Assembly: GCA_964453185.1 (NCBI GenBank) | Contig: CAYVNN010000004.1 | Span: forward strand, 128,706 to 192,705 | DNA from: an uncultured Methanosarcinales archaeon | GTDB taxonomy: Archaea > Nanobdellota > Nanobdellia > Woesearchaeales > DSVV01 | Direction of reading: 5' to 3' | Length of the DNA: 64,000 bases | Shown here: positions 37,841-47,055 of the stretch, piece by piece | How positions within the stretch are numbered: the stretch's first letter is position 1 | Layout: each line of letters opens with the position of its first letter | Translations under genes and position numbers: made by a program | The notes under the pieces: generated by a model | What the model was told of the DNA's origin: nothing | The model's database searches: none | The model's input: only the letters and a program-made list of their open reading frames with translations

Positions 37841-38833
37841 TTAATTTTTACTTTTGCTATATCTCCAAGTAACTTTTATTTCGTCTGTTCTGAGGTAAGG
37901 ATCAATAATTGCTTTTTCAGGTTTAATGCCACCATTTGCTTTATACATCTTAATACCAAGCCATGCGATCATTAAGCCGTTATCTACGTTGTATTGATTT
38001 TCTAATGTGAAACATTTAGCTTTTCTCTCTTTACACATTATTTTTGCCATTTCTTGTAAACGTAGATTACAAGCTACACCTCCACCTAAGAGAAGTTCTT
38101 TTTTATTACAATGTGCTAATGCTCTCTCTGCAACTTCCATCATCATTGCATAAACTGTTTCTTGAGCTGAGAAGCATAGGTCTTCTTTTTTATATTTTGG
38201 AATTTTTTGTTTTAGGTTTGTGAGAATTCCGCCAAAACTTACATCCATTCCTTTTACTACATATGGAAGTTCAATGAAATTTTTACCTTTTAATGCTAGT
38301 TTGTATATTTTAGGTCCTCCTGGAAAACCTAATCCAAGTTCTCTTGCAAATGAGTCTAAGAAGTTTCCTAGTCCTATATCTAATGTTTCTCCAAATATTC
38401 TGTATCTATTACCTTCATATGCAATAACTTGAGTGTTTGCACCTGAGATGTATAATAAAACTGGATCTTTTGCTTTTGTTAGAAGTTTACCTATTTCTAA
38501 GTGTGCTATACAATGATTTACTCCAATTAATGGAATATTATGTTTTATTGCTAAACATCTTGCAAACATTGCACCTATTCTTAATGTATGTCCTATACCG
38601 GGTGATGATGAATAGCTGATTAAGTCGATGTCTTTTAAAGTTATGTTTGCTTGTTTTAATGCTTGCTTTAAGATTTTATCGCAGATGTTAACATGATGAT
38701 CTGCAGCTTTTGCTGGGATTATTCCCCCTTTCTTTGTTGTGAAGAGAGATTTCTCATTAGCTAAGATTTTCTTATTTTTTATTATACCTATTCCAAAGGT
38801 ATGTGCAGTGCTTTCTATGCCTAAACATATCAT
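37841..38833 (-). CDS. kae1: tRNA t6A threonylcarbamoyltransferase Kae1
   Basis: LGIESTAH, NHCIAH, ETLDIG, FPGGP and DNG-x-MIA motifs. Confidence 0.97.
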   Translation of the reverse strand: MICLGIESTAHTFGIGIIKNKKILANEKSLFTTKKGGIIPAKAADHHVNICDKILKQALKQANITLKDIDLISYSSSPGIGHTLRIGAMFARCLAIKHNIPLIGVNHCIAHLEIGKLLTKAKDPVLLYISGANTQVIAYEGNRYRIFGETLDIGLGNFLDSFARELGLGFPGGPKIYKLALKGKNFIELPYVVKGMDVSFGGILTNLKQKIPKYKKEDLCFSAQETVYAMMMEVAERALAHCNKKELLLGGGVACNLRLQEMAKIMCKERKAKCFTLENQYNVDNGLMIAWLGIKMYKANGGIKPEKAIIDPYLRTDEIKVTWRYSKSKN

Positions 38834-38977
38834 TTTATTACTAGATGTCTGTGAATGTATAAATAGTTTATTATTTATAAAATATTATTCTATGGATTGA
38901 TAATAAATAAAAGTAAGTTATGTTTTTGCAATTATATAGTTAATTTTTTAGCTGTAGATTCTTAATTAAAGGAAAAG

Positions 38978-40237
38978 GTGATGTTTATGTCATTTATTGG
39001 CAGTGTTCTTACTCCTAATGATAGAGTTGTTGTTGCGAATAAGCCAGGAGCAGGTTTTGCCTTAGATTTAGCAAATATGCTGGGACAAAGAGAAAATCCT
39101 TTGTTATTATTAGATAATATTGTTTGGGATGATGGAGAATATTGTCCTGTTTTTTCAACAGATAGATTTGATAGATTTGCAAGAGAAAATGGTAAGTCAC
39201 TTGAAGGTAAGGTTGTTTATATTGTGAGTGTTCCAAGTGGAACTTTTTCTAAACAAGATTTAGCAATGAGGAATTTGTTTATTGCATTTGGTGCAAAACA
39301 TATTTGTGGTGCGGAAGGGGTGGTTTTAGTTTCTCCTGATTTATTTTATTCTGCTGAAGATCGTTCAGATAGAACTCCTTTATGGGTTGATGCTATATCT
39401 TCTGAACATAATTTAAGAAGGTTAAAAGATCCTGATGAATTAGCTAAAATGAAAGGTCATTGTCATACTTCTTTAGCATATGCTACTTTTTTAAAGGCTG
39501 CTGGTGTTGATAGGGTTATTAATCTTCATAATCATAGTTCTGAGATAATGAGAGCAATGTATCATCATGTTTTTGATGATTCAAGTGCTTTTGTAGATAT
39601 ATATGTCTCATCTCTTCTTGGTGCTTATGTTGCAGATACTCCTCTTCTTGATCAGTCTAATGATGGTGCAAATGTTTTATGGGTTTGTCCAGATGGTGGT
39701 GCTAGACCTTTTGTTGAAGCAGCAAGAAAAGATTCAGGGTTAACAAAGTCTGCTCTTGCAGTCATGGGAAAGAAGAGAGATAAGGCTGGGAAAATAATTG
39801 GTTACGAGCTTGTTGATGGAAATGATTACTTTGATCCGGATAGAGGGGTTAGGAATATGGATGTTGTTGAACCAGATGATAGGATAAGATCAGGTAAGAC
39901 AATGGCATTGGGTTGTGGTTATTTTTGTGATAATGGTCAAAGGCCTAGGAAATGGATGTTGTATTCTTCTCACACGAATCTTGCTAAGGCTTTAGCAAAT
40001 CTTGATCATCCTTCAATCACAGACATAGTTGTTTTAGGTGCAGATCCAACAATTAGGAATGGATCAAGATTAGCTCATAAATTAAGTCATATTGATGCTA
40101 TTGCTCCAGTAGCTTATGGGATTGAACAATGTGTAGAAAGGGGATTACATCCTTCTGAAGCGTTTTCGTTGGCACAGGTAAGGGAGCATAGACTTTTATC
40201 ATATGAACCTTCTCCTTTTCATTATAGTAACTTTTAA
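38978..40237 (+). CDS. Highly divergent ribose-phosphate pyrophosphokinase (PRPP synthetase)-like protein
   Basis: WDDGE, P-x-LFYS-x-EDR, VINLHNHS, VCPDGGAR, KKR and DDRIRSGKTM match PRS motifs, with insertions. Confidence 0.7.
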   Translation: MMFMSFIGSVLTPNDRVVVANKPGAGFALDLANMLGQRENPLLLLDNIVWDDGEYCPVFSTDRFDRFARENGKSLEGKVVYIVSVPSGTFSKQDLAMRNLFIAFGAKHICGAEGVVLVSPDLFYSAEDRSDRTPLWVDAISSEHNLRRLKDPDELAKMKGHCHTSLAYATFLKAAGVDRVINLHNHSSEIMRAMYHHVFDDSSAFVDIYVSSLLGAYVADTPLLDQSNDGANVLWVCPDGGARPFVEAARKDSGLTKSALAVMGKKRDKAGKIIGYELVDGNDYFDPDRGVRNMDVVEPDDRIRSGKTMALGCGYFCDNGQRPRKWMLYSSHTNLAKALANLDHPSITDIVVLGADPTIRNGSRLAHKLSHIDAIAPVAYGIEQCVERGLHPSEAFSLAQVREHRLLSYEPSPFHYSNF

Positions 40238-40292
40238 TTTTTTTTACCATCACCAAAACCCTTAAATACATCCTTTTCTTATATTATTATGT

Positions 40293-42209
40293 ATGGATAT
40301 TGATAAATTATTGAATAGAATAAGAGAATATAATCCTAATGCAGACATTAAGTTAATTAAGAAATCATATGATGTTGCTTTGAAAGCGCATAAAGGACAG
40401 AAGAGGGAGTCAGGAGAGCCTTATATTTCTCATCCATTGAATGTTGCTAAGATTTTAACAGAACTTAAAGCAGATTCTGCTACAATCAGTGCAGCTTTAT
40501 TACATGATGTTGTTGAAGATACTAATGTGTCTATGGATAAAATAAAAAAAGATTTTGGTGAAGAGGTTGCAACTATTGTAGAAGGGCTAACTAAGATTGA
40601 TAAGATTCATTTTGAAACAAAAGAAGATTATAGTGCTGAAAATTTAAGAAAGGTTCTTTTGGCAACTACTAAAGATATTAGAGTTATGTTAGTTAAGTTA
40701 GCAGATAGATTACATAATATGTCTACATTAAAAAATTTTAGAACAGATAAACAAAAAAGAATTGCAACTGAAACTTTAGAGATTTATGCTCCTATTGCAC
40801 ATAAACTTGGAATGTGGAATATGAAAGGAGAATTAGAAGATTTATCTTTAAGATATCTTAAACCAGACGTATATAGATTTCTTGCAGATAACATTAGTGG
40901 GAAAAGGCAAGAAAGAGAAAAAACAACAAAAGAAATTATTAAATTAATTAACAAAAAATTAAAAGAAAAAAATATTACTGCAGAAATTTATGGAAGAGCA
41001 AAATATTTCTTAAGTATATATAAAAAAATGCAGAAAAAGAATCTTGATATTGATGAGATTTATGATTTAATTGCAGTAAGGATAATTACTCAAACAATTC
41101 CTGAATGTTATGGTGCACTAGGTGTTGTTCATGATTTATGGAGACCTTTACCACATAGGTTTAAAGATTATATCTCTGTTCCAAAAGCTAATGGTTACCA
41201 GAGTTTACATACTACTGTTATCACAAAAGATGGGAGAAAATTAGAAGTACAAATTAGGACAGAAGATATGCATCAGATGGCTGAAGTTGGTGTTGCAGCT
41301 CATTGGAAATATCAAGGTACTGAGAGAGATAAACAGTTTGATAAAAGAATTTCTTGGTTAAAGCAAGTTTTAGATTGGAAAAGAGGATCAGATGATGCAA
41401 AAGACTTTATTGAATCGTTTAAAATAGATTTATTCCACGACGAGATTGTTGTCTTTACACCAAAAGGAGATCCAATTTCATTACCTGTAGGATCATCACC
41501 TATTGATTTTGCTTATGCTGTTCATAGTAATGTAGGTAAACAATGTTCATCAACAAAGATTAATAATAAAATGGTTCCTTTGGATACTGAATTAAAGTCA
41601 GGGGATATTATTGAGATAATCACACAGAAAAATGCTAAACCTTCAAGACAATGGTTGAAATTTGTTAAGACAGGGAAAGCAAGAAATAAGATAAGAGCAG
41701 CATTAAATATAAAATCGGAATTAGATCCTAAAAAGGGAAGATTAAGAAAAGAAATGATACAGGCATCTGAAGAAAAGGTTGTTGATCAAATTATAATTGA
41801 AGGAAAGAAAAAAGGTCAGGTTAAATTTTCAAAATGTTGTAATCCAAGGTATGGGGAAGAAATTGTAGCATTTTTTACAAAAGATAAGAAAATTACTGTT
41901 CATAAAAAGACCTGTCCTAATATTTATACTTTAGATAAGAATAAAGAAATTAAAATTAAATGGAAAGTAAGAAGAACAAAGGAACAATATTTAATTGTTA
42001 TTTCTATAGGAGATAGGTTAGGGTTAATGTCTGAGATATTGAATGTTTTTGTTAAGCATAGAATTAATTTAACTGCGATAAACACAAAGGCAAAGAAAGA
42101 CCATGTTGTTATTAAGATTAATATTGATAAGATTGCTAGGAATGTGGTTGATGATTTAATTATTGATATTAAGAAGCTAAGTGATGTTATGGATGTTGCA
42201 TTGAGCTAG
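40293..42209 (+). CDS. rel: Long RelA/SpoT homolog (bifunctional (p)ppGpp synthetase/hydrolase)
   Basis: HD domain (H-x-GQ-x-R-x-SGEPY, LLHDVVED, KLADRLHN); synthetase (RFKDYI-x-x-PK-x-NGYQSLH, EVQIRT, AAHWKY); TGS (DFAYAVHS); ZFD (KCCNP...HKKTC); ACT. Confidence 0.96.
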   Translation: MDIDKLLNRIREYNPNADIKLIKKSYDVALKAHKGQKRESGEPYISHPLNVAKILTELKADSATISAALLHDVVEDTNVSMDKIKKDFGEEVATIVEGLTKIDKIHFETKEDYSAENLRKVLLATTKDIRVMLVKLADRLHNMSTLKNFRTDKQKRIATETLEIYAPIAHKLGMWNMKGELEDLSLRYLKPDVYRFLADNISGKRQEREKTTKEIIKLINKKLKEKNITAEIYGRAKYFLSIYKKMQKKNLDIDEIYDLIAVRIITQTIPECYGALGVVHDLWRPLPHRFKDYISVPKANGYQSLHTTVITKDGRKLEVQIRTEDMHQMAEVGVAAHWKYQGTERDKQFDKRISWLKQVLDWKRGSDDAKDFIESFKIDLFHDEIVVFTPKGDPISLPVGSSPIDFAYAVHSNVGKQCSSTKINNKMVPLDTELKSGDIIEIITQKNAKPSRQWLKFVKTGKARNKIRAALNIKSELDPKKGRLRKEMIQASEEKVVDQIIIEGKKKGQVKFSKCCNPRYGEEIVAFFTKDKKITVHKKTCPNIYTLDKNKEIKIKWKVRRTKEQYLIVISIGDRLGLMSEILNVFVKHRINLTAINTKAKKDHVVIKINIDKIARNVVDDLIIDIKKLSDVMDVALS

Positions 42210-42937
42210 TTTAGAATTTCAAGAACTTTGTTTGTATTTGTATAATCATCAAATAAGTAATCTGGTTTTGCTTTAATTAATTGTGCTTTTCTTTGATTAT
42301 AACTATCTCCACCTGGTGAACTGTTTTGTGTATTTGAATTTTTAATTACTGCAATGCTTATGCAATTATTTTCTTTTGCCGCTTTAATATCAGATGGGGT
42401 GTCTCCAAAGACAAATATTTTAGCATTTTCTGTAATTATATTGTTTTCTTTTGCAGCTTTGATTGCATTTGATACAATTTCTGTTCTGTTTTTAACATTC
42501 TCTGCATAATTATTTATTCTTTTATCAAAATAATGTTCTAAATCCGTAGCTTTGATTATTGCTTCTCCTGCTTTTTTTATATTTCCTGTTACAATTCCCA
42601 TTGGAATGTTTTTATTTTTTATTTCATCTAATAATTTACTTACACCAGGGAGTATAACATCATTGTTTGATTCTTTTATTCCTTTTAATAGGTTGTTTGA
42701 ATATATTTTCCAGACTTTATTTAATCCTTGTTGGATTACTTCTTCTTTTATCCCTTTTTTTCTTAATGGAATTGCAATGACTTCATTAGATGGTTTTCCA
42801 TAGTTTTTTTCAATTTCTTCAAGAGAAAGTGTTACATTAAAGACGGTTTCAATACCTTTTTGATAACTGGGGGTGTGAAATTTGTATACATTAACTAGGT
42901 TTCCATCAATATCCCATAATGTTAAGGTATCTTTCAT
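42206..42937 (-). CDS. HAD-family hydrolase
   Basis: WDIDGNL, IVTGN and FGDTPSD motifs. Confidence 0.9.
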   Translation of the reverse strand: MKDTLTLWDIDGNLVNVYKFHTPSYQKGIETVFNVTLSLEEIEKNYGKPSNEVIAIPLRKKGIKEEVIQQGLNKVWKIYSNNLLKGIKESNNDVILPGVSKLLDEIKNKNIPMGIVTGNIKKAGEAIIKATDLEHYFDKRINNYAENVKNRTEIVSNAIKAAKENNIITENAKIFVFGDTPSDIKAAKENNCISIAVIKNSNTQNSSPGGDSYNQRKAQLIKAKPDYLFDDYTNTNKVLEILN

Positions 42938-43102
42938 GATTTTTGTTATTAATAATTACTATATATTTGTTTTGATAGATGGATTTTCATATTTTTCATG
43001 AATTTTTTGTGTAATATATGATATATGGTGGAAAATACTAAAATATCAGTATATTTTCCGATAGCTTTATAAATGGGTTCAAAGAAAACTATGCTATGAT
43101 AA

Positions 43103-43189
43103 TGTTGGCTGACAGTCGTTCTGGGGAGTGATTACGGTATTTATGTACTAGTTAGACCTCTAGAGCGTCAATTTAGGCTTGTTTAAGCC
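43103..43189 (+). ncRNA. Candidate structured RNA or leader upstream of tRNA-Asp
   Basis: Stem CGTTCTGGGG/CTCTAGAGCG with three G-U pairs, inner GGTA/TACT hairpin, then GGCTT-GTTT-AAGCC; CCGATAGCTTTATAAA promoter at ~43058. Confidence 0.45.
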
Positions 43190-43192
43190 CAT

Positions 43193-43299
43193 GCCCTGGT
43201 AGTGTAGCTCGGCCTATCATGAAGCCCTGTCGAGGCTTCGACTCGGGTTCGAATAAGGATTTCCTGTGTGGATATCCTCTGAAAGTCCCGGCCAGGGCG
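43193..43299 (+). tRNA. tRNA-Asp(GTC) with a 59/60 intron
   Basis: GCCCTGG/CCAGGGC-G; AAGCC-CTGTCGA-GGCTT; T-loop intron ending TGAAAG forms a BHB. Confidence 0.94.
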
Positions 43300-43313
43300 T
43301 TTTTCCATTCAAT

Positions 43314-43454
43314 GGGCCGTTAGCTCAGCCTGGTACTTTGTAAGTATTCAAAGCTTTATCGGCAGGAAAGAGCACTGCACTTTTAACAAAGACTGGAACT
43401 TTCAACCAGTTGAAAGTGATGCAGGTGTCGCGAGTTCGAATCTCGTACGGCCCA
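43314..43454 (+). tRNA. tRNA-Lys(TTT) with two introns (D-loop ~20/21 and 37/38)
   Basis: GGGCCGT/ACGGCCC-A; CTGCA-CTTTTAA-TGCAG; BHB helices CCTG/CAGG and CTTT/AAAG. Confidence 0.92.
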
Positions 43455-43490
43455 TTATTTAAATAAAAACAAACGGAGGAAGATTATAAT

Positions 43491-43742
43491 ATGGCTGCTA
43501 AAAAAAATAAAATTGATGTGTCTTCTCATTTTCTTGTTCCTAAGCATGTCCTTCTTAATGAAAAACAAAAAAAGGAATTGTTTGAAAAATACAGTATTAC
43601 TGTTGTTGAACTTCCTAAAATTAATATGAAGGATCCTGCAATTATTGACTTAAAAGCAAAAGAAGGAGATGTTGTAAAAATCTTAAGAATTAGTCCAACT
43701 GCAGGTGAATCAACTTATTACAGGTGTGTTATTGATGGATAA
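43491..43742 (+). CDS. rpoH: RNA polymerase subunit H (Rpo5)
   Basis: HFLVPKH, LPKI-x-x-x-DP and R-x-SPTAG motifs. Confidence 0.97.
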   Translation: MAAKKNKIDVSSHFLVPKHVLLNEKQKKELFEKYSITVVELPKINMKDPAIIDLKAKEGDVVKILRISPTAGESTYYRCVIDG

Positions 43743-45222
43743 AAACTCAGAAGTATTGATAAAAAAGTATTTTGAAGAACATTCTTTTGTAGCGTCAGAT
43801 ATTGAATCTTTTAACAATTTTGTTGATGTTTTATTACAAAAGATTATTGAAGAAAATAGGAATATTGAACCAACAATTATTCCACATAACATTGATGAAT
43901 TTAAGATTAGATTTGATAGGATATGGGTTACTAAACCAGAGATTACAGAAGCAGACGGATCAAAAAGACCAATTTATCCTATGGAGGCAAGACTAAGAAA
44001 AATTAGTTATTCAGCTCCTGTTTATATTGAGGTTAGTGCACATATTAATGGTATTCAAAGAGAATCATTTACAACACAAATAGGTTGTTTACCAATTATG
44101 TTGAGATCTAAATATTGTCATCTTCATAATTTAACAAGAGAAGAATTAATTGAGAAAGGTGAAGATGCTGATGATTTAGGAGGATACTTTATTGTGAATG
44201 GTACTGAGAGAGTTTTGATTAATATTGAAGATCTTTCACCTAATAAGTTTTTAGTTAATAAACAAAAAACAGGACCAAGTCCTTTTATTGGTAAATTGTT
44301 CTCAGAAAGTGGATCTTATAAAATTCCTCATACAATTGAAAAATTGAAAGATGGATTGTTTTATTTAACTTTTACAAGAGTTAAAAGAATACCAATTATT
44401 CCAATAATTAAAGCATTAGGATTAACAAAAGATGAAGAGATTATGAAGACAATTTGTGGTGACATTGATTATGATACTGTATTGATTAATCTTTATGAGT
44501 TTGTTGATATTAAATCAGAGAACGAAGCATTAGATTATATTGCAAAGAAAATTGGAATCACACAGGCAAAAGATATTAGGATTGAAAGAATGAGAGAAAT
44601 TTTAGACAGGTATTTATGTCCTCATCTTGGAACAGATGCAAAAGATAGAATCAACAAGGCACAAAACATTAGTAAGTTTGTTAAGAAATTTATTATGGTT
44701 GAAAAAGGAGATTTGCCATTAGATGATAAGGATCATTATTTGAATAAAAGATTAAAAATGAGTGGAGACTTATTAGGTGAACTTTTCCAGACAAATCTTA
44801 AAGTTTTGATTGGAGATATGTTGTATAATTTTCAGAGAATTGTAAAGAGAGGAAAGTTCCCTTCAATTAAAGTAGTAATTAGAGATAAATTGTTAACATC
44901 TAGACTTTATAGCTCAATGGCAACAGGTAATTGGGTTGGTGGAAGAAAGGGAGTTAGTCAGAGAATTCAAAGGATTAATTTCTTAGAAACATTAAGTCAT
45001 TTACAAAGGGTTGTTTCACCATTGTCAGCTACTCAAGAAAACTTTGATGCAAGAGAACTTCATTGTACTCATTTAGGAAGATTATGTCCTATTGAAACAC
45101 CAGAAGGAACAAATATTGGATTGAGAAAGAATCTTGCTTTATTATCAGAAGTTTCTTTTGAATCAGAAGAAGATGAAATTCTTAAGACCTTATTGTCTTT
45201 AGGATTAAATACATTAAAATAA
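43735..45222 (+). CDS. rpoB2: RNA polymerase subunit B'' (Rpo2 N-terminal part)
   Basis: GGYFIVNGTER, DDKDHY-x-NKRL and CPIETPEG-x-NIGL-x-KN motifs. Confidence 0.97.
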   Translation: MDKNSEVLIKKYFEEHSFVASDIESFNNFVDVLLQKIIEENRNIEPTIIPHNIDEFKIRFDRIWVTKPEITEADGSKRPIYPMEARLRKISYSAPVYIEVSAHINGIQRESFTTQIGCLPIMLRSKYCHLHNLTREELIEKGEDADDLGGYFIVNGTERVLINIEDLSPNKFLVNKQKTGPSPFIGKLFSESGSYKIPHTIEKLKDGLFYLTFTRVKRIPIIPIIKALGLTKDEEIMKTICGDIDYDTVLINLYEFVDIKSENEALDYIAKKIGITQAKDIRIERMREILDRYLCPHLGTDAKDRINKAQNISKFVKKFIMVEKGDLPLDDKDHYLNKRLKMSGDLLGELFQTNLKVLIGDMLYNFQRIVKRGKFPSIKVVIRDKLLTSRLYSSMATGNWVGGRKGVSQRIQRINFLETLSHLQRVVSPLSATQENFDARELHCTHLGRLCPIETPEGTNIGLRKNLALLSEVSFESEEDEILKTLLSLGLNTLK

Positions 45223-45234
45223 AGGTAATGCAAA

Positions 45235-47037
45235 ATGTCAGAAGTATATTTAAACGGAAAATTTGTAGGAAATGTCGAGAACCCAACAGAATTTGTGGAT
45301 CATATTTTAGTTGAAAGAAGGAAAAATAAGGTTACAAATAATCTTAACATCTTTCATGATGAACAAACAAATCAAATATATGTTGAAGCAGGGAAAGGAA
45401 GATTAAGAAGACCATTGATTATAATTAAAGATGGTAAACCTTTGTTAACTGAAAAACATATTGCACAATTAGAAAAGAATGAAATTAATTGGTCAGATTT
45501 AATTAAGCAAGGAGTTATTGAATATATTGATGCTCTTGAAGAAGAAACAGCATTAGTAGCTTTTAGAGGTGAAGATGTTACACCAAAGCATACTCATTTG
45601 GAGATTGCACCATTAGCTATTCTTGGATTGTGTTCTTCACTTGTTCCATTTGGGAACTTTAATCAGTCAACAAGATTAAATGCAGGTAGTAAGAACCAAA
45701 AGCAATCATTAGGTTTGTATATTTCTAATTACTTAATCAGAATGGATATGGATGTTAATGTGTTAACATCACCACAAGTTCCAATTTGTAGATCAATGAT
45801 GCATGATATTGTTGATTATGGAAAGCATCCTGCAGGACAAAATATTGTTGTTGCAATTATGAGTTATAAAGGGTATAACATGGAAGATGCAATTATATTG
45901 AATAAAGGTTCTGTCGAGAGAGGATTGGCAAGATCAACTTATTATAGACCTTGTTCTTCAGAAGAACTTAGATATTCTGGTGGATTGATTGATCAAGTTG
46001 GTGTTCCTGATAAAGAAGTTAAAGGTTATAAAAGTGAGAAAGATTATAGGTTATTAGAAGATGATGGGATTATTTATCCTGAAGCATCAGTTAGTGAAGA
46101 AGATGTTATTATTGGAAAAACATCACCTCCAAGATTCTTGAGCAGCCTTGATGAATATAATTTAACATCATCATTGAGAAGGGAATCATCTGTTGCATTA
46201 AAGCATGGTGAAAAAGGAGTGGTTGATTTTGTTTTAATTACAGAAAATGAAGAAGGAAATAAATTAGTTCAAGTTAGATTAAGAGATGCAAGAATTCCTG
46301 AAGTTGGAGATAAGTTTACTTCAAGGCATGGACAGAAAGGAGTAGTTGGATTAATTGTTAATCATACAGATATGCCATTTTCTTCAAAAGGAATTATGCC
46401 TGACATTATTTTTTCACCACATGGTATTCCATCAAGAATGACAATTTCACACCTAATTGAATTAGTTGGTGGAAAGGTTGGAGCATTATCTGGTAGACAT
46501 ATTGATGGTACTACTTTTGATACAGAACCAGAACCAGAATTAAGAAAAGAATTATTGTCCTTGGGTTTCAGAGAGAATGGAACTGAAACAATGTATAATG
46601 GATTAACTGGAGAACAACTTGAAGCTAAGATTTATGTTGGAAATATGTATTATTTGAAATTGAAGCATATGGTTGCAAACAAAATGCATTCAAGAGGTAG
46701 GGGTCCTGTTCAATTATTGACAAGACAACCAACAGAAGGAAGAGCTAAAGAGGGTGGATTAAGATTAGGAGAGATGGAGAAAGATACTCTTGTTGCTCAC
46801 GGAGCAAGTCTATTATTAAAGGAAAGATTTGATTCTGATAAAACAATTCTTCCAGTATGTAGTGTATGTGGGATGGTTGCAATTAATGATGATTTTAGAA
46901 AGAAACTTTATTGTCCTGTTTGTGGTGATAATGTTGAGATTTTTAATGTTGAATTAGCTTATGCATTTAAGTTAATGATGGATGAATTAAAGAGTTTATG
47001 TGTTTATCCAAAATTAGATTTAAGAAATAAATACTAG
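45235..47037 (+). CDS. rpoB1: RNA polymerase subunit B' (Rpo2 C-terminal part)
   Basis: GYNMEDA, GDKFTSRHGQKG and RQPTEGRAKEGGLRLGEME motifs. Confidence 0.98.
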   Translation: MSEVYLNGKFVGNVENPTEFVDHILVERRKNKVTNNLNIFHDEQTNQIYVEAGKGRLRRPLIIIKDGKPLLTEKHIAQLEKNEINWSDLIKQGVIEYIDALEEETALVAFRGEDVTPKHTHLEIAPLAILGLCSSLVPFGNFNQSTRLNAGSKNQKQSLGLYISNYLIRMDMDVNVLTSPQVPICRSMMHDIVDYGKHPAGQNIVVAIMSYKGYNMEDAIILNKGSVERGLARSTYYRPCSSEELRYSGGLIDQVGVPDKEVKGYKSEKDYRLLEDDGIIYPEASVSEEDVIIGKTSPPRFLSSLDEYNLTSSLRRESSVALKHGEKGVVDFVLITENEEGNKLVQVRLRDARIPEVGDKFTSRHGQKGVVGLIVNHTDMPFSSKGIMPDIIFSPHGIPSRMTISHLIELVGGKVGALSGRHIDGTTFDTEPEPELRKELLSLGFRENGTETMYNGLTGEQLEAKIYVGNMYYLKLKHMVANKMHSRGRGPVQLLTRQPTEGRAKEGGLRLGEMEKDTLVAHGASLLLKERFDSDKTILPVCSVCGMVAINDDFRKKLYCPVCGDNVEIFNVELAYAFKLMMDELKSLCVYPKLDLRNKY

Positions 47038-47055
47038 GTATGAAGAGGATAAAAA

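Noticed and set aside
20275..43285. Shared TGAAAG ending of four 59/60 introns as proof of common origin
   Set aside because: TGAA is required to pair with T-loop TTCR in the BHB; only the Glu/Ser pair shares interior sequence
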